This document shows, one piece after another, positions 1-7,308 of a stretch of DNA of 40,469 bases. A model generated the notes under the pieces. It made no database searches. It worked only from the letters and a program-made list of their open reading frames with translations, and was not told the DNA's origin. Within the stretch, counting starts at the first letter, position 1; each line of letters starts with the position of its first letter. Where the stretch lies: positions 1 to 40,469 of the forward strand of contig JABWCP010000006.1 of the NCBI GenBank assembly GCA_013360215.1, in the 5' to 3' direction. A program made the translations under genes and the position numbers. The DNA is from a bacterium (GTDB lineage Bacteria; CLD3; SB21).

Positions 1-1
1 C

Positions 2-205
2 GGCCAGTATTTGAAAAAAGGGTCTCTGGTATGCGTGGAGGGTCCGATGAAAACACGTCGGTGGGATGACAAGAGCGGGGGTAAACATGCGTTGACGGAA
101 GTCGTCGCCGAAACGATGCAGATGCTGGGGCATAAGAACGCCAAGCCGTCGGAGTCGGAAGGTGTACAGGAAGAAATGGAAATTCTTGCCGAAGCCACCG
201 CATGA
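2..205 (+). CDS. ssb: Single-stranded DNA-binding protein paralog, 5'-truncated by the window edge; lacks the acidic C-terminal tip
   Basis: Frame is open from position 2: [26 protein letters not shown]...TEVVAETMQMLG, collinear with the C-terminal half of the OB fold of the ssb at 1473-1922. Ends ...ILAEATA, with no DDLPF. Confidence 0.88.
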   Translation, partial: GQYLKKGSLVCVEGPMKTRRWDDKSGGKHALTEVVAETMQMLGHKNAKPSESEGVQEEMEILAEATA

Positions 206-224
206 CATCCGTTTTGTGCACGCC

Positions 225-258
225 AGAGCTTGTCGGTATCTATGAACCGGCAAGCTTT
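225..258 (+). terminator. Hairpin after the first ssb, possible intrinsic terminator
   Basis: AGAGCTTGTCGGT (225-237) pairs with ACCGGCAAGCTTT (246-258), including G-U pairs; the U tract is short. Confidence 0.5.
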
Positions 259-288
259 GACTGTACGATGTTTTGCACGGAATTTTAT

Positions 289-317
289 TTGCACGTAAAA
301 AAGCGTTTTTATACTTT
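289..317 (+). promoter_or_regulatory. Putative sigma70-type promoter of recA
   Basis: TTGCAC (289-294), 17-nt spacer, TACTTT (312-317); an overlapping TATACT lies at 310-315. AAGGAG RBS at 361-366. Confidence 0.4.
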
Positions 318-372
318 GCGCACGTAAATAACAAAGCACAACTACAGACACACACGAAACAAGGAGCTTAGG

Positions 373-1446
373 ATGGCAGACGAAATGGTATTGTCGGACA
401 AAGACAAAAAAGCCGCGTTGGACCGCACGCTGACAGACATTGTCAAAGAATACGGTAAGGGATCTATCATGAAACTGGGCGAGCGCACGGCCATGCAGGT
501 CGAGGTGTTTTCCACCGGTTCCATTTCGATCGATGCCGCACTGGGCGTCGGCGGTATTCCCCGCGGACGTATTACGGAAATTTACGGGCCGGAATCTTCC
601 GGTAAAACCACTCTGTCGCTGCATGTCATAGCCGAAGCGCAAAAAGTCGGCGGCGTGGCAGCATTTATCGACGCCGAGCACGCACTCGATGCGATATATG
701 CCAAGCGCCTTGGTGTGGATATTGATAATCTTTTGGTCTCTCAGCCCGATAACGGCGAACAAGCTCTGGAAATTACCGAACGTCTGGTTCGCAGCAATGC
801 CGTCGATGTGATCGTGATTGACTCCGTTGCCGCCCTTGTTCCCCGCAGTGAAATTGACGGCGAAATGGGCGATGCGACCATGGGTGTGCAGGCGCGCCTC
901 ATGAGCCAGGCCATGCGTAAACTGACCGGCGCGGTGAGCAAATCCAAAACCTGCGTTATTTTTATCAATCAGGTGCGCGATAAGATCGGCGTCATGTTCG
1001 GCAATCCCGAAACGACGACCGGCGGACGGGCCTTGAAGTTTTATACATCCATTCGTGTGGACATTCGTCGCATCGGACAGATCAAAGCCGGTGAAAATCT
1101 TGTCGGTAACCGCACCAAAGTCAAAGTGGTGAAAAACAAGCTGGCGCCGCCTTTCAAAGAAGTCGAAGTGGATCTGATGTATGGTACCGGCATATCGCGC
1201 GAAGGCGATTTGGTGGACCTGGCGTCCACGATGAATATCGTCCAAAAAAGCGGAACATGGTTTTCTTTTGAAGATGAAAAAATCGGCCAAGGCCGCGAAA
1301 ATGCGAAACAATATCTGACCGATAATCCGGTCATTTTGAAAAAAATCGAAACCCGCGTGCGTCAGGAATTGGGTATCGCACCGGCGGCGACGGAAAAAGA
1401 ATCGCCGAAGCCTGCGCCGACCGCATCCGAAAAAAAATCAAAATAA
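373..1446 (+). CDS. recA: Recombinase RecA
   Basis: GPESSGKTT Walker [37 protein letters not shown] signature; AAGGAG RBS. Confidence 0.99.
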   Translation: MADEMVLSDKDKKAALDRTLTDIVKEYGKGSIMKLGERTAMQVEVFSTGSISIDAALGVGGIPRGRITEIYGPESSGKTTLSLHVIAEAQKVGGVAAFIDAEHALDAIYAKRLGVDIDNLLVSQPDNGEQALEITERLVRSNAVDVIVIDSVAALVPRSEIDGEMGDATMGVQARLMSQAMRKLTGAVSKSKTCVIFINQVRDKIGVMFGNPETTTGGRALKFYTSIRVDIRRIGQIKAGENLVGNRTKVKVVKNKLAPPFKEVEVDLMYGTGISREGDLVDLASTMNIVQKSGTWFSFEDEKIGQGRENAKQYLTDNPVILKKIETRVRQELGIAPAATEKESPKPAPTASEKKSK

Positions 1447-1472
1447 AACGATAGAAGAGTAAGGATATACTT

Positions 1473-1922
1473 ATGTCAAAAGGAACACTCAATAAAGTCA
1501 TCATCATCGGCCGTCTGGGCGGTGATCCGGAACTGCGATATACACCGAGCGGTGCGCCGGTTGCGACGTTTAATGTCGCTACCAACGAATCCTACAAAGA
1601 TAAAGAAGGTAAGCTGATCGAATCCACGGATTGGCATCGGATCGTGGCGTGGAATAAATTGGCCGAAATTTGCGGCCAATATCTTAAAAAAGGTTCGCTC
1701 GTTTACGTGGAAGGTAAGATCAAGACACGTTCGTATGACGACAAAGACGGTCAGAAAAAATATGTAACGGAAATTCGTGCCGATAACATGCAAATGCTGG
1801 GCGCTAAGATGGACGGAGGCCGCGGCGAAGCGTCGCTTCCGCATCCGGCCGATATGGGCGGAGGTATGGATCATGCCGCCGATGCGGGAGGCTCCTCGGG
1901 CAGTGATGATTTACCGTTTTAG
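1473..1922 (+). CDS. ssb: Single-stranded DNA-binding protein (main copy)
   Basis: [31 protein letters not shown], Gly-rich linker and acidic tip DDLPF. Confidence 0.98.
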   Translation: MSKGTLNKVIIIGRLGGDPELRYTPSGAPVATFNVATNESYKDKEGKLIESTDWHRIVAWNKLAEICGQYLKKGSLVYVEGKIKTRSYDDKDGQKKYVTEIRADNMQMLGAKMDGGRGEASLPHPADMGGGMDHAADAGGSSGSDDLPF

Positions 1923-1947
1923 TTATACGCATAGGCCGTAGATATAC

Positions 1948-1979
1948 AAAGGCTGCACAGGTGGTGCAGCCTTTTTTTT
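1948..1979 (+). terminator. Intrinsic terminator of recA-ssb
   Basis: AAAGGCTGCAC-AGGTG-GTGCAGCCTTT, with the T run continuing to 1979. Confidence 0.9.
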
Positions 1980-2063
1980 ATGCATAAATTTTTTCGATCG
2001 GCAAAAAAAGGTTTTTTGTTTTAGGTTAATTCGTTTCAAAAATTCGGCACATCGTTTTTCCCG

Positions 2064-2091
2064 TTGCATTTCTTTTTTTTCGTTCTATCTT
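2064..2091 (+). promoter_or_regulatory. Putative promoter of the riboswitch-lysine operon
   Basis: TTGCAT (2064-2069), 16-nt spacer, TATCTT (2086-2091), just upstream of the aptamer. Confidence 0.45.
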
Positions 2092-2107
2092 ACCAATGTA
2101 TCACATA

Positions 2108-2272
2108 TTTCGGAAGAGGAGCGTCTACAAAAAAATTCATTGCGAGTGCATCCGGCACGCTAGAGCAGTGAATGGCGGTGATAGACGCCGAAACAACGGA
2201 TCTGGAAAATCGGTTGTTGGTTGCGGAGGTTAAACCCACGTGACTGTCATGATGCATGAAGCGCTTCCGGAA
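2108..2272 (+). ncRNA. Lysine riboswitch (L-box) aptamer
   Basis: P1 TTTCGGAAG (2108-2116)/CTTCCGGAA (2264-2272); AGAGGAGCG junction; P2 GCGTCTA/TAGACGC followed by CGAA; P2a ATTCATTGC/GCAGTGAAT; P3 AACAAC/GTTGTT; L2 TCCGG complementary to L3 CTGGA (kissing loops); P4 GGTTGCG/CGTGACT; ACTGTC; P5 TCATG/CATGA; AGCGCT. Lies directly upstream of lysC. Confidence 0.93.
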
Positions 2273-2339
2273 TTGACGTCGCGATCTGCATTAAGGCCTT
2301 CCTTAAGCTCAATCCCGTACAATTCCCGTATCATGACTC

Positions 2340-2370
2340 TTCCTTACCGTTTGTAAGGAATTTTTTATTT
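2340..2370 (+). terminator. Riboswitch expression-platform terminator (attenuator)
   Basis: TTCCTTAC-CGTTT-GTAAGGAA followed by TTTTTTATTT, 20 nt before the lysC start. Confidence 0.75.
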
Positions 2371-2390
2371 ATAACCTGAGGAATGGAGTC

Positions 2391-3773
2391 ATGAACGATC
2401 TCATTATCGCCAAATTTGGCGGTACCAGTATGGGCACAGCCGAAGCGATGCGCCAAAGCGCGCGTATCGTTATTGCCGATAACCGCATACGTGTCGTCGT
2501 GGTGAGCGCCACATCCGGTACGACGAACGCGCTGCTCAAAGTATATCACGATCTATGCGCATGCGACACGGTGTCGGCGGATCAGGCGTTTAAAAAAATT
2601 GAAGACCGGCATCGCACGATGTGCCATGCACTGGAACTTGATTCTTCTGCAGTAGATGAATTGATCGTTGCCGCACAAAATCACATGTCGTTATTTTCTG
2701 CATCGGAAAATCGCGAAGTATGGCTCGATGCATGGCTTTCATTCGGTGAGCGCTTGGCCTCGCGTATATTTGGCAAAATGCTCTTTCATCTCAAAAATAA
2801 TGTCACGGAAGCCGATGCCCGATCATTTATTATTACCGATGAGGTGTTTGGCAAAGCCGAGCCGCAACCGGATCGTATAAAAACTGCGTGCCTGAAAAAA
2901 TTGCTCCCACTGTGCAGTGAACAGATTATTGTGACCCAAGGTTTTATCGGTGCAACGACCGACGGCCGTACGACCACACTGGGGCGCGGCGGTAGCGATT
3001 ATAGCGCGGCATTATTGGGAGAGGCGCTCTCGGCTAAAGAAGTTTTGATTTGGACGGACGTACCGGGGATTTTTACGATGGATCCCAATTTGGTGCCGGC
3101 TGCGCAAACTATTCCTAAAATCAGTTTTTCGGAAGCCGCTGAATTGGCCAATTTTGGCGCTAAAGTTTTACATCCGGCAACGCTGTGGCCCGCTATTCGC
3201 AAAGGCATTCATGTGTTTGTGGGTTCGACATTTGAACCCGAAGCCGGCGGAACGTGGATCGAACCGGATGTCAATGATAAGCCGTTGGTACGTGCCATCG
3301 CGATGCGCAAGCATCAGACGCTTATAACGGTGAGCAGTTTGCGCATGCTCAATACGCACGGTTTTCTTGCCAAAATGTTCGGCGTGCTGGCCGATCATAA
3401 ACTCAGCGTTGATCTTGTGACGACCAGCGAAGTCAGCGTGGCGCTTACGATAGACGGCACGAGCCTGGGTTCGTCCGGTGAAAAAATTTCCGAAAAACAA
3501 GAGTTGCTCCAGGATCTTCGCCGGTTTGCGGATGTCGCGATCGAGGAAAACCTGACGCTGATCGCACTGGTCGGAAACAATCTGCAACAAACACCCGGTA
3601 TTGCGGCGCGCACCTTTGACGCGATCGCCGGTCTTAATGTGCGTTTGATTTGTCAGGGTGCGAGTTCTTATAACATGTGCTTTCTGATGCATCAGTCGGA
3701 TGCGCCACAAGCCGTTAGCGCACTTCACCGTGCGTTTATCGAAAGTGAGGTCGTATGCCTAAAATCAGCCTGA
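2391..3773 (+). CDS. lysC: Aspartate kinase, lysine-sensitive (AKIII-like, two ACT domains)
   Basis: KFGGTS, TTTLGRGGSDYSAA, WTDVPG, ELANFGAKVLHP, SVDLVTTSEVSVALT, LICQGASSYN; downstream of the lysine riboswitch. Confidence 0.96.
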   Translation: MNDLIIAKFGGTSMGTAEAMRQSARIVIADNRIRVVVVSATSGTTNALLKVYHDLCACDTVSADQAFKKIEDRHRTMCHALELDSSAVDELIVAAQNHMSLFSASENREVWLDAWLSFGERLASRIFGKMLFHLKNNVTEADARSFIITDEVFGKAEPQPDRIKTACLKKLLPLCSEQIIVTQGFIGATTDGRTTTLGRGGSDYSAALLGEALSAKEVLIWTDVPGIFTMDPNLVPAAQTIPKISFSEAAELANFGAKVLHPATLWPAIRKGIHVFVGSTFEPEAGGTWIEPDVNDKPLVRAIAMRKHQTLITVSSLRMLNTHGFLAKMFGVLADHKLSVDLVTTSEVSVALTIDGTSLGSSGEKISEKQELLQDLRRFADVAIEENLTLIALVGNNLQQTPGIAARTFDAIAGLNVRLICQGASSYNMCFLMHQSDAPQAVSALHRAFIESEVVCLKSA

Positions 3774-4450
3774 TCGGAAACGGGAAAACCGGCGGCGCCG
3801 TGGAACGCTTATTGCCTCCGGATGAAATCGCGGCGGTTTTTAATTCCAAAAATCCACCGACGGTTGAGGCGTTGAAAAATTCGGACGTGGCGATCGTTTT
3901 TGTGCCCGGTCATGTGTTGAATGACCTGGTACCGGTACTCATTCAGTCCGCCGTTCCCGTCGTGTGTGGCAGCACCGGATTTGAATGGACAATGGACGTG
4001 CGGCGCGCTGTAGAAAACAGCGGCGCCACTTGGATAACGGCGAGCAATTTTAGTATGGGTATGCAATGGATGTTTCGTATGGCGCGCGAATTCAGACGCC
4101 TTGAAAGCCAATGGGCCGGATCGGAAGCGGAGATATTTGAAGTGCATCACATACATAAAAAAGACAAACCCAGCGGCAGTGCGCTCAGTATCCGGCAGCA
4201 TTACGGAAAACAAATACCCATTCACAGCGATCGTACGGGTGACGTTGTCGGATTTCATTCGCTTGTGTTGGCTACCGCATCGGAAAAACTTATGCTCTCA
4301 CATCATGTCGAAGACCGATCCGTATTTGCGCGCGGTGCGATATGGACGGCCCAAAAGCTCATCGAAAAACGATCCCGGCCGCAGGATTATCCCAGCGGTA
4401 TTTTTCCTCTGGAAGATGTGTTTGAAACCTGGCTAAACGAAGGACAATAA
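3755..4450 (+). CDS. dapB: 4-hydroxy-tetrahydrodipicolinate reductase (short form)
   Basis: GNGKTG Rossmann motif, GSTG, ASNFSMG, EVHHIHKKDKPSGSA, R-x-GDVVGFH; overlaps the lysC end by 19 nt. Confidence 0.93.
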   Translation: MPKISLIGNGKTGGAVERLLPPDEIAAVFNSKNPPTVEALKNSDVAIVFVPGHVLNDLVPVLIQSAVPVVCGSTGFEWTMDVRRAVENSGATWITASNFSMGMQWMFRMAREFRRLESQWAGSEAEIFEVHHIHKKDKPSGSALSIRQHYGKQIPIHSDRTGDVVGFHSLVLATASEKLMLSHHVEDRSVFARGAIWTAQKLIEKRSRPQDYPSGIFPLEDVFETWLNEGQ

Positions 4451-4453
4451 GCT

Positions 4454-5344
4454 ATGAAAAATCTGCAATCGGTTACACTATGGACAGCGATCGTGACGCC
4501 GTTTTTGGATAACGGAAAAATTGATTTTTTATCCTTTGAACGGTTATTACGTCGTCAAGAAGCCGCCGGAAACGGTGTGGTGATACTCGGAAGTACGGGC
4601 GAGGGCCTGGCGTTAAACGATGATGAAAAAAGGGAAGTGGTCCGCTTCACCGGAACTTGCAAACTCCATGTCCCGGTTATGGTCGGCGTCGGCGGATTCA
4701 ATTTGGACGCCACCCAGCGGTGGATTGAAGAGAATAATCAGCACGCATTTATCCATGCGTATTTATTGGTCACGCCGCTCTACGCGAAACCCGGTGCACG
4801 GGGCCAATGTAGTTGGTTTGCTGCGCTGCTCGAGGCCTCTCAAAAACCGTGTATGTTATACAATGTGCCATCCCGGACAGGCGTGAAGTTGCATACGTCC
4901 GTCCTGCGTGAACTTAAGGATCATTCGCGATTTTGGGCAGTGAAAGAGGCGAGCGGGAGCGTTACCGAATTTCAGGATTACCGTGAAGCCGCACCGGGTG
5001 TTGCATTCTTTAGCGGGGACGACGGCTTAACACCTTTTTTTGCATCGGCCGGAGCCATGGGGCTGGTCTCTGTGATGAGCAATGTGTGGCCGGAAGCGTC
5101 CGCCGAATTTGTTTACCGTTGTGTGAACCGCGATACCGGCGTATTATTACCGACATGGCGTACGGCTTCCGATGCGATGTTTTTGGCCAGTAATCCTGTA
5201 CCGGCTAAAGCTTTATTGCACGAATTAGGGTTGATCACTTCGGCGTATGTGCGACCGCCGCTTTCTATGGAAGATTTACCGGATCGAAATAAATTAATCA
5301 TGGCGGACAGTCTAGTGCAACGATGGATGGAGCAATACGGATGA
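4454..5344 (+). CDS. dapA: 4-hydroxy-tetrahydrodipicolinate synthase
   Basis: TAIVTPF, GSTGE, LYNVPSRTG, Schiff-base Lys in AVKEASG, SGDD, NPVPAK. Confidence 0.95.
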   Translation: MKNLQSVTLWTAIVTPFLDNGKIDFLSFERLLRRQEAAGNGVVILGSTGEGLALNDDEKREVVRFTGTCKLHVPVMVGVGGFNLDATQRWIEENNQHAFIHAYLLVTPLYAKPGARGQCSWFAALLEASQKPCMLYNVPSRTGVKLHTSVLRELKDHSRFWAVKEASGSVTEFQDYREAAPGVAFFSGDDGLTPFFASAGAMGLVSVMSNVWPEASAEFVYRCVNRDTGVLLPTWRTASDAMFLASNPVPAKALLHELGLITSAYVRPPLSMEDLPDRNKLIMADSLVQRWMEQYG

Positions 5345-6105
5345 AAAACGATTGGAAAAAAATATTAGAACAACTGGAGCGCGGAGAGATACGGGCCGCG
5401 ACGTATGATAACGGTTTTTGGCGGGCTAATGTTGCCGTCAAAGAAGCCATACTATCCGCTTTTCGCGAAGGTAAACTGATCGCCATGAATCGTCCCACCT
5501 ACGGACGCTATGGCGGATTTGTGGATAAAGATTCGATGATTCCCCGAAGCTTTCAGCCGAAACAAAAAATAAGACTCGTGCCCGGCGGTTCATCCGTACG
5601 ACGCGGCGCTTATGTGGCACCCGGTGTTGTGATTATGCCGCCGTCGTATATCAATGTCGGCGCATATATAGACGAACAAACGATGGTGGACAGTCATGTG
5701 TTGGTCGGTTCGTGTGCGCAGGTCGGAAAACGTGTACATCTGAGTGCCGGTGTACAAATCGGCGGCGTATTGGAGCCGGTCGGCAGCGCTCCCGTGGTGA
5801 TCGAAGACGATGCCTTTGTGGGTGCGGACGCGGTGATCGTAGAGGGTATATGTGTCGGTACCGGAGCCGTGATCGCACCCGGTGTGGTCCTTTCGCGCGG
5901 TGTCACGGTGTACGACGCCGTACATGAAAAAGAATTGGGACGTGGCGCCAGAATTCCCGATTTGGCCGTCGTCGTACCCGGTACGCGCCCGCTGGCATCG
6001 ACCTGGGCCAAAGAACGCGGTCTCGCAACGGCTTGTGCGATCATCGTCAAATACCGCGATGCGAAAAGCAACGCCGCGTTACAACTGGAAGAGGCGTTGC
6101 GATGA
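5341..6105 (+). CDS. dapD: Tetrahydrodipicolinate N-succinyltransferase
   Basis: VKEAILSAFR, RLVPGGSSVRRGAYV, MPPSYINVGAYID, VGSCAQVG..VHLSAGVQIGGVLEP hexapeptide repeats. Start set at ATG 5341 from the ATGA overlap with the dapA stop. Confidence 0.95.
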   Translation: MKNDWKKILEQLERGEIRAATYDNGFWRANVAVKEAILSAFREGKLIAMNRPTYGRYGGFVDKDSMIPRSFQPKQKIRLVPGGSSVRRGAYVAPGVVIMPPSYINVGAYIDEQTMVDSHVLVGSCAQVGKRVHLSAGVQIGGVLEPVGSAPVVIEDDAFVGADAVIVEGICVGTGAVIAPGVVLSRGVTVYDAVHEKELGRGARIPDLAVVVPGTRPLASTWAKERGLATACAIIVKYRDAKSNAALQLEEALR

Positions 6106-7307
6106 AGGCATTGACGGCGCATCACCTTACACTGTTACAAGAGGCCGCCGACCGGGTGCGAAAACCTTTTTTTGCCTACGATCTGGATGGTTTACGATCG
6201 CATGCTATGACGTTACGCTCGGAAGGCGTTCGCCTGTGGTACGCTTGTAAAGCCAATCCGCTTTCGGCCATTCTGCGAACAATGGGTGCGTGTTCTTTTT
6301 CGGCGGACGCCGCCAGCCTCGGCGAATTACGGCAAATCCTAAGATATTCGGGCATCGCACCAAAAAACATATTACTTACCGGCCCGGCTAAAGACGAAGC
6401 CTTCGTCACGGAAGCGTTAAATGCCGGCGTTTGTACGATCATCGTAGAGAGCGTGCACCAACTTGAAATGCTGCAGCAGCTTGCATCAACGACCCACAAG
6501 CCTATTCAGGTTCTTCTTCGCCTTCAATTAGACTGGGACGAAAAGAGCGCGAGCGTGCTTGGAGGCAGCGCCATCACCCCGTTTGGATTACCGCCAGAGG
6601 TTTGGCAATCGGTGTCGTGGAAATCGTTTCCTCATTGCAATGTGTTAGGTTGTCATGTTTTCCAATGGAGCAATATTGGCGACATAGAAAAACTCAATTT
6701 TTTTTGGCATCGTATTGCCGTCGAATCTAAGCGCTTGATGCAACATATCGGCAAACCTTTGGAGGTGCTTGACCTTGGGGGTGGACTCGGCGTACCGTAT
6801 CATGCCGATGCGCGCGAATTGCGATGGATTGAAGTGGATGACGCGTTGCAAAAAATTCGCAAGCAATATGAAATACCTTCGATTTGGTTAGAACTCGGAC
6901 GTTATGCCGTAGGCGGTTTCGGAAATTATCTTACACGTGTGATGGATCGTAAGCAGGTACGCGGCACGGAGCTTCTGATTTTAGAAGGCGGTGTCAATCA
7001 CATCGCCCGTCCGGCCCTCACGCATGCCTCGTTTCCTGTACACACTCTGAAGCCTTCGTCTGCGAAAACCCAATCTTTCAAACTGCACGGCCCCTTATGT
7101 ACGGCCTTGGATGATCTGGGTTTGCATGATTTGCCTGAAGATATACAACGCGGCGATTGGCTTGTGTTTCGCCAATGCGGTGCATACGGCTTTACGGAAA
7201 GTATGCCGTACTTTTTGTGCCACGATATTCCTGCAGAGATCATTATAGAAAACAATCAATACGCCGTGGTGCGCGAAAGCGTGCCGGCTGAAAATTGGCT
7301 GAAGTAA
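6102..7307 (+). CDS. lysA: Fold-type III PLP-dependent decarboxylase, LysA-like with divergent active site
   Basis: YACKAN PLP lysine, DLGGGLG, ELGR, GPLCTALD, GAYGF. Start set at ATG 6102 from the ATGA overlap with the dapD stop. The lysA assignment rests on operon context. Confidence 0.8.
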   Translation: MKALTAHHLTLLQEAADRVRKPFFAYDLDGLRSHAMTLRSEGVRLWYACKANPLSAILRTMGACSFSADAASLGELRQILRYSGIAPKNILLTGPAKDEAFVTEALNAGVCTIIVESVHQLEMLQQLASTTHKPIQVLLRLQLDWDEKSASVLGGSAITPFGLPPEVWQSVSWKSFPHCNVLGCHVFQWSNIGDIEKLNFFWHRIAVESKRLMQHIGKPLEVLDLGGGLGVPYHADARELRWIEVDDALQKIRKQYEIPSIWLELGRYAVGGFGNYLTRVMDRKQVRGTELLILEGGVNHIARPALTHASFPVHTLKPSSAKTQSFKLHGPLCTALDDLGLHDLPEDIQRGDWLVFRQCGAYGFTESMPYFLCHDIPAEIIIENNQYAVVRESVPAENWLK

Positions 7308-7308
7308 A

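Noticed and set aside
2372-2394. TAACCTGAGGA...GTCATGA shared between the lysC leader and the ppk2 leader (13496-13516)
   Set aside because: It overlaps the Shine-Dalgarno and start codon in both, so it is most simply a preferred initiation context.
6033-6101. ORF-track N-terminal extensions of lysA, and likewise dapD (5323), the LysM gene (29043), the reductase (32419), the zinc-ribbon ORF (28352) and E1 (18814)
   Set aside because: Downstream starts with ATGA coupling or a clear RBS fit better; the extensions overlap neighbouring genes, promoters or intergenic sequence.
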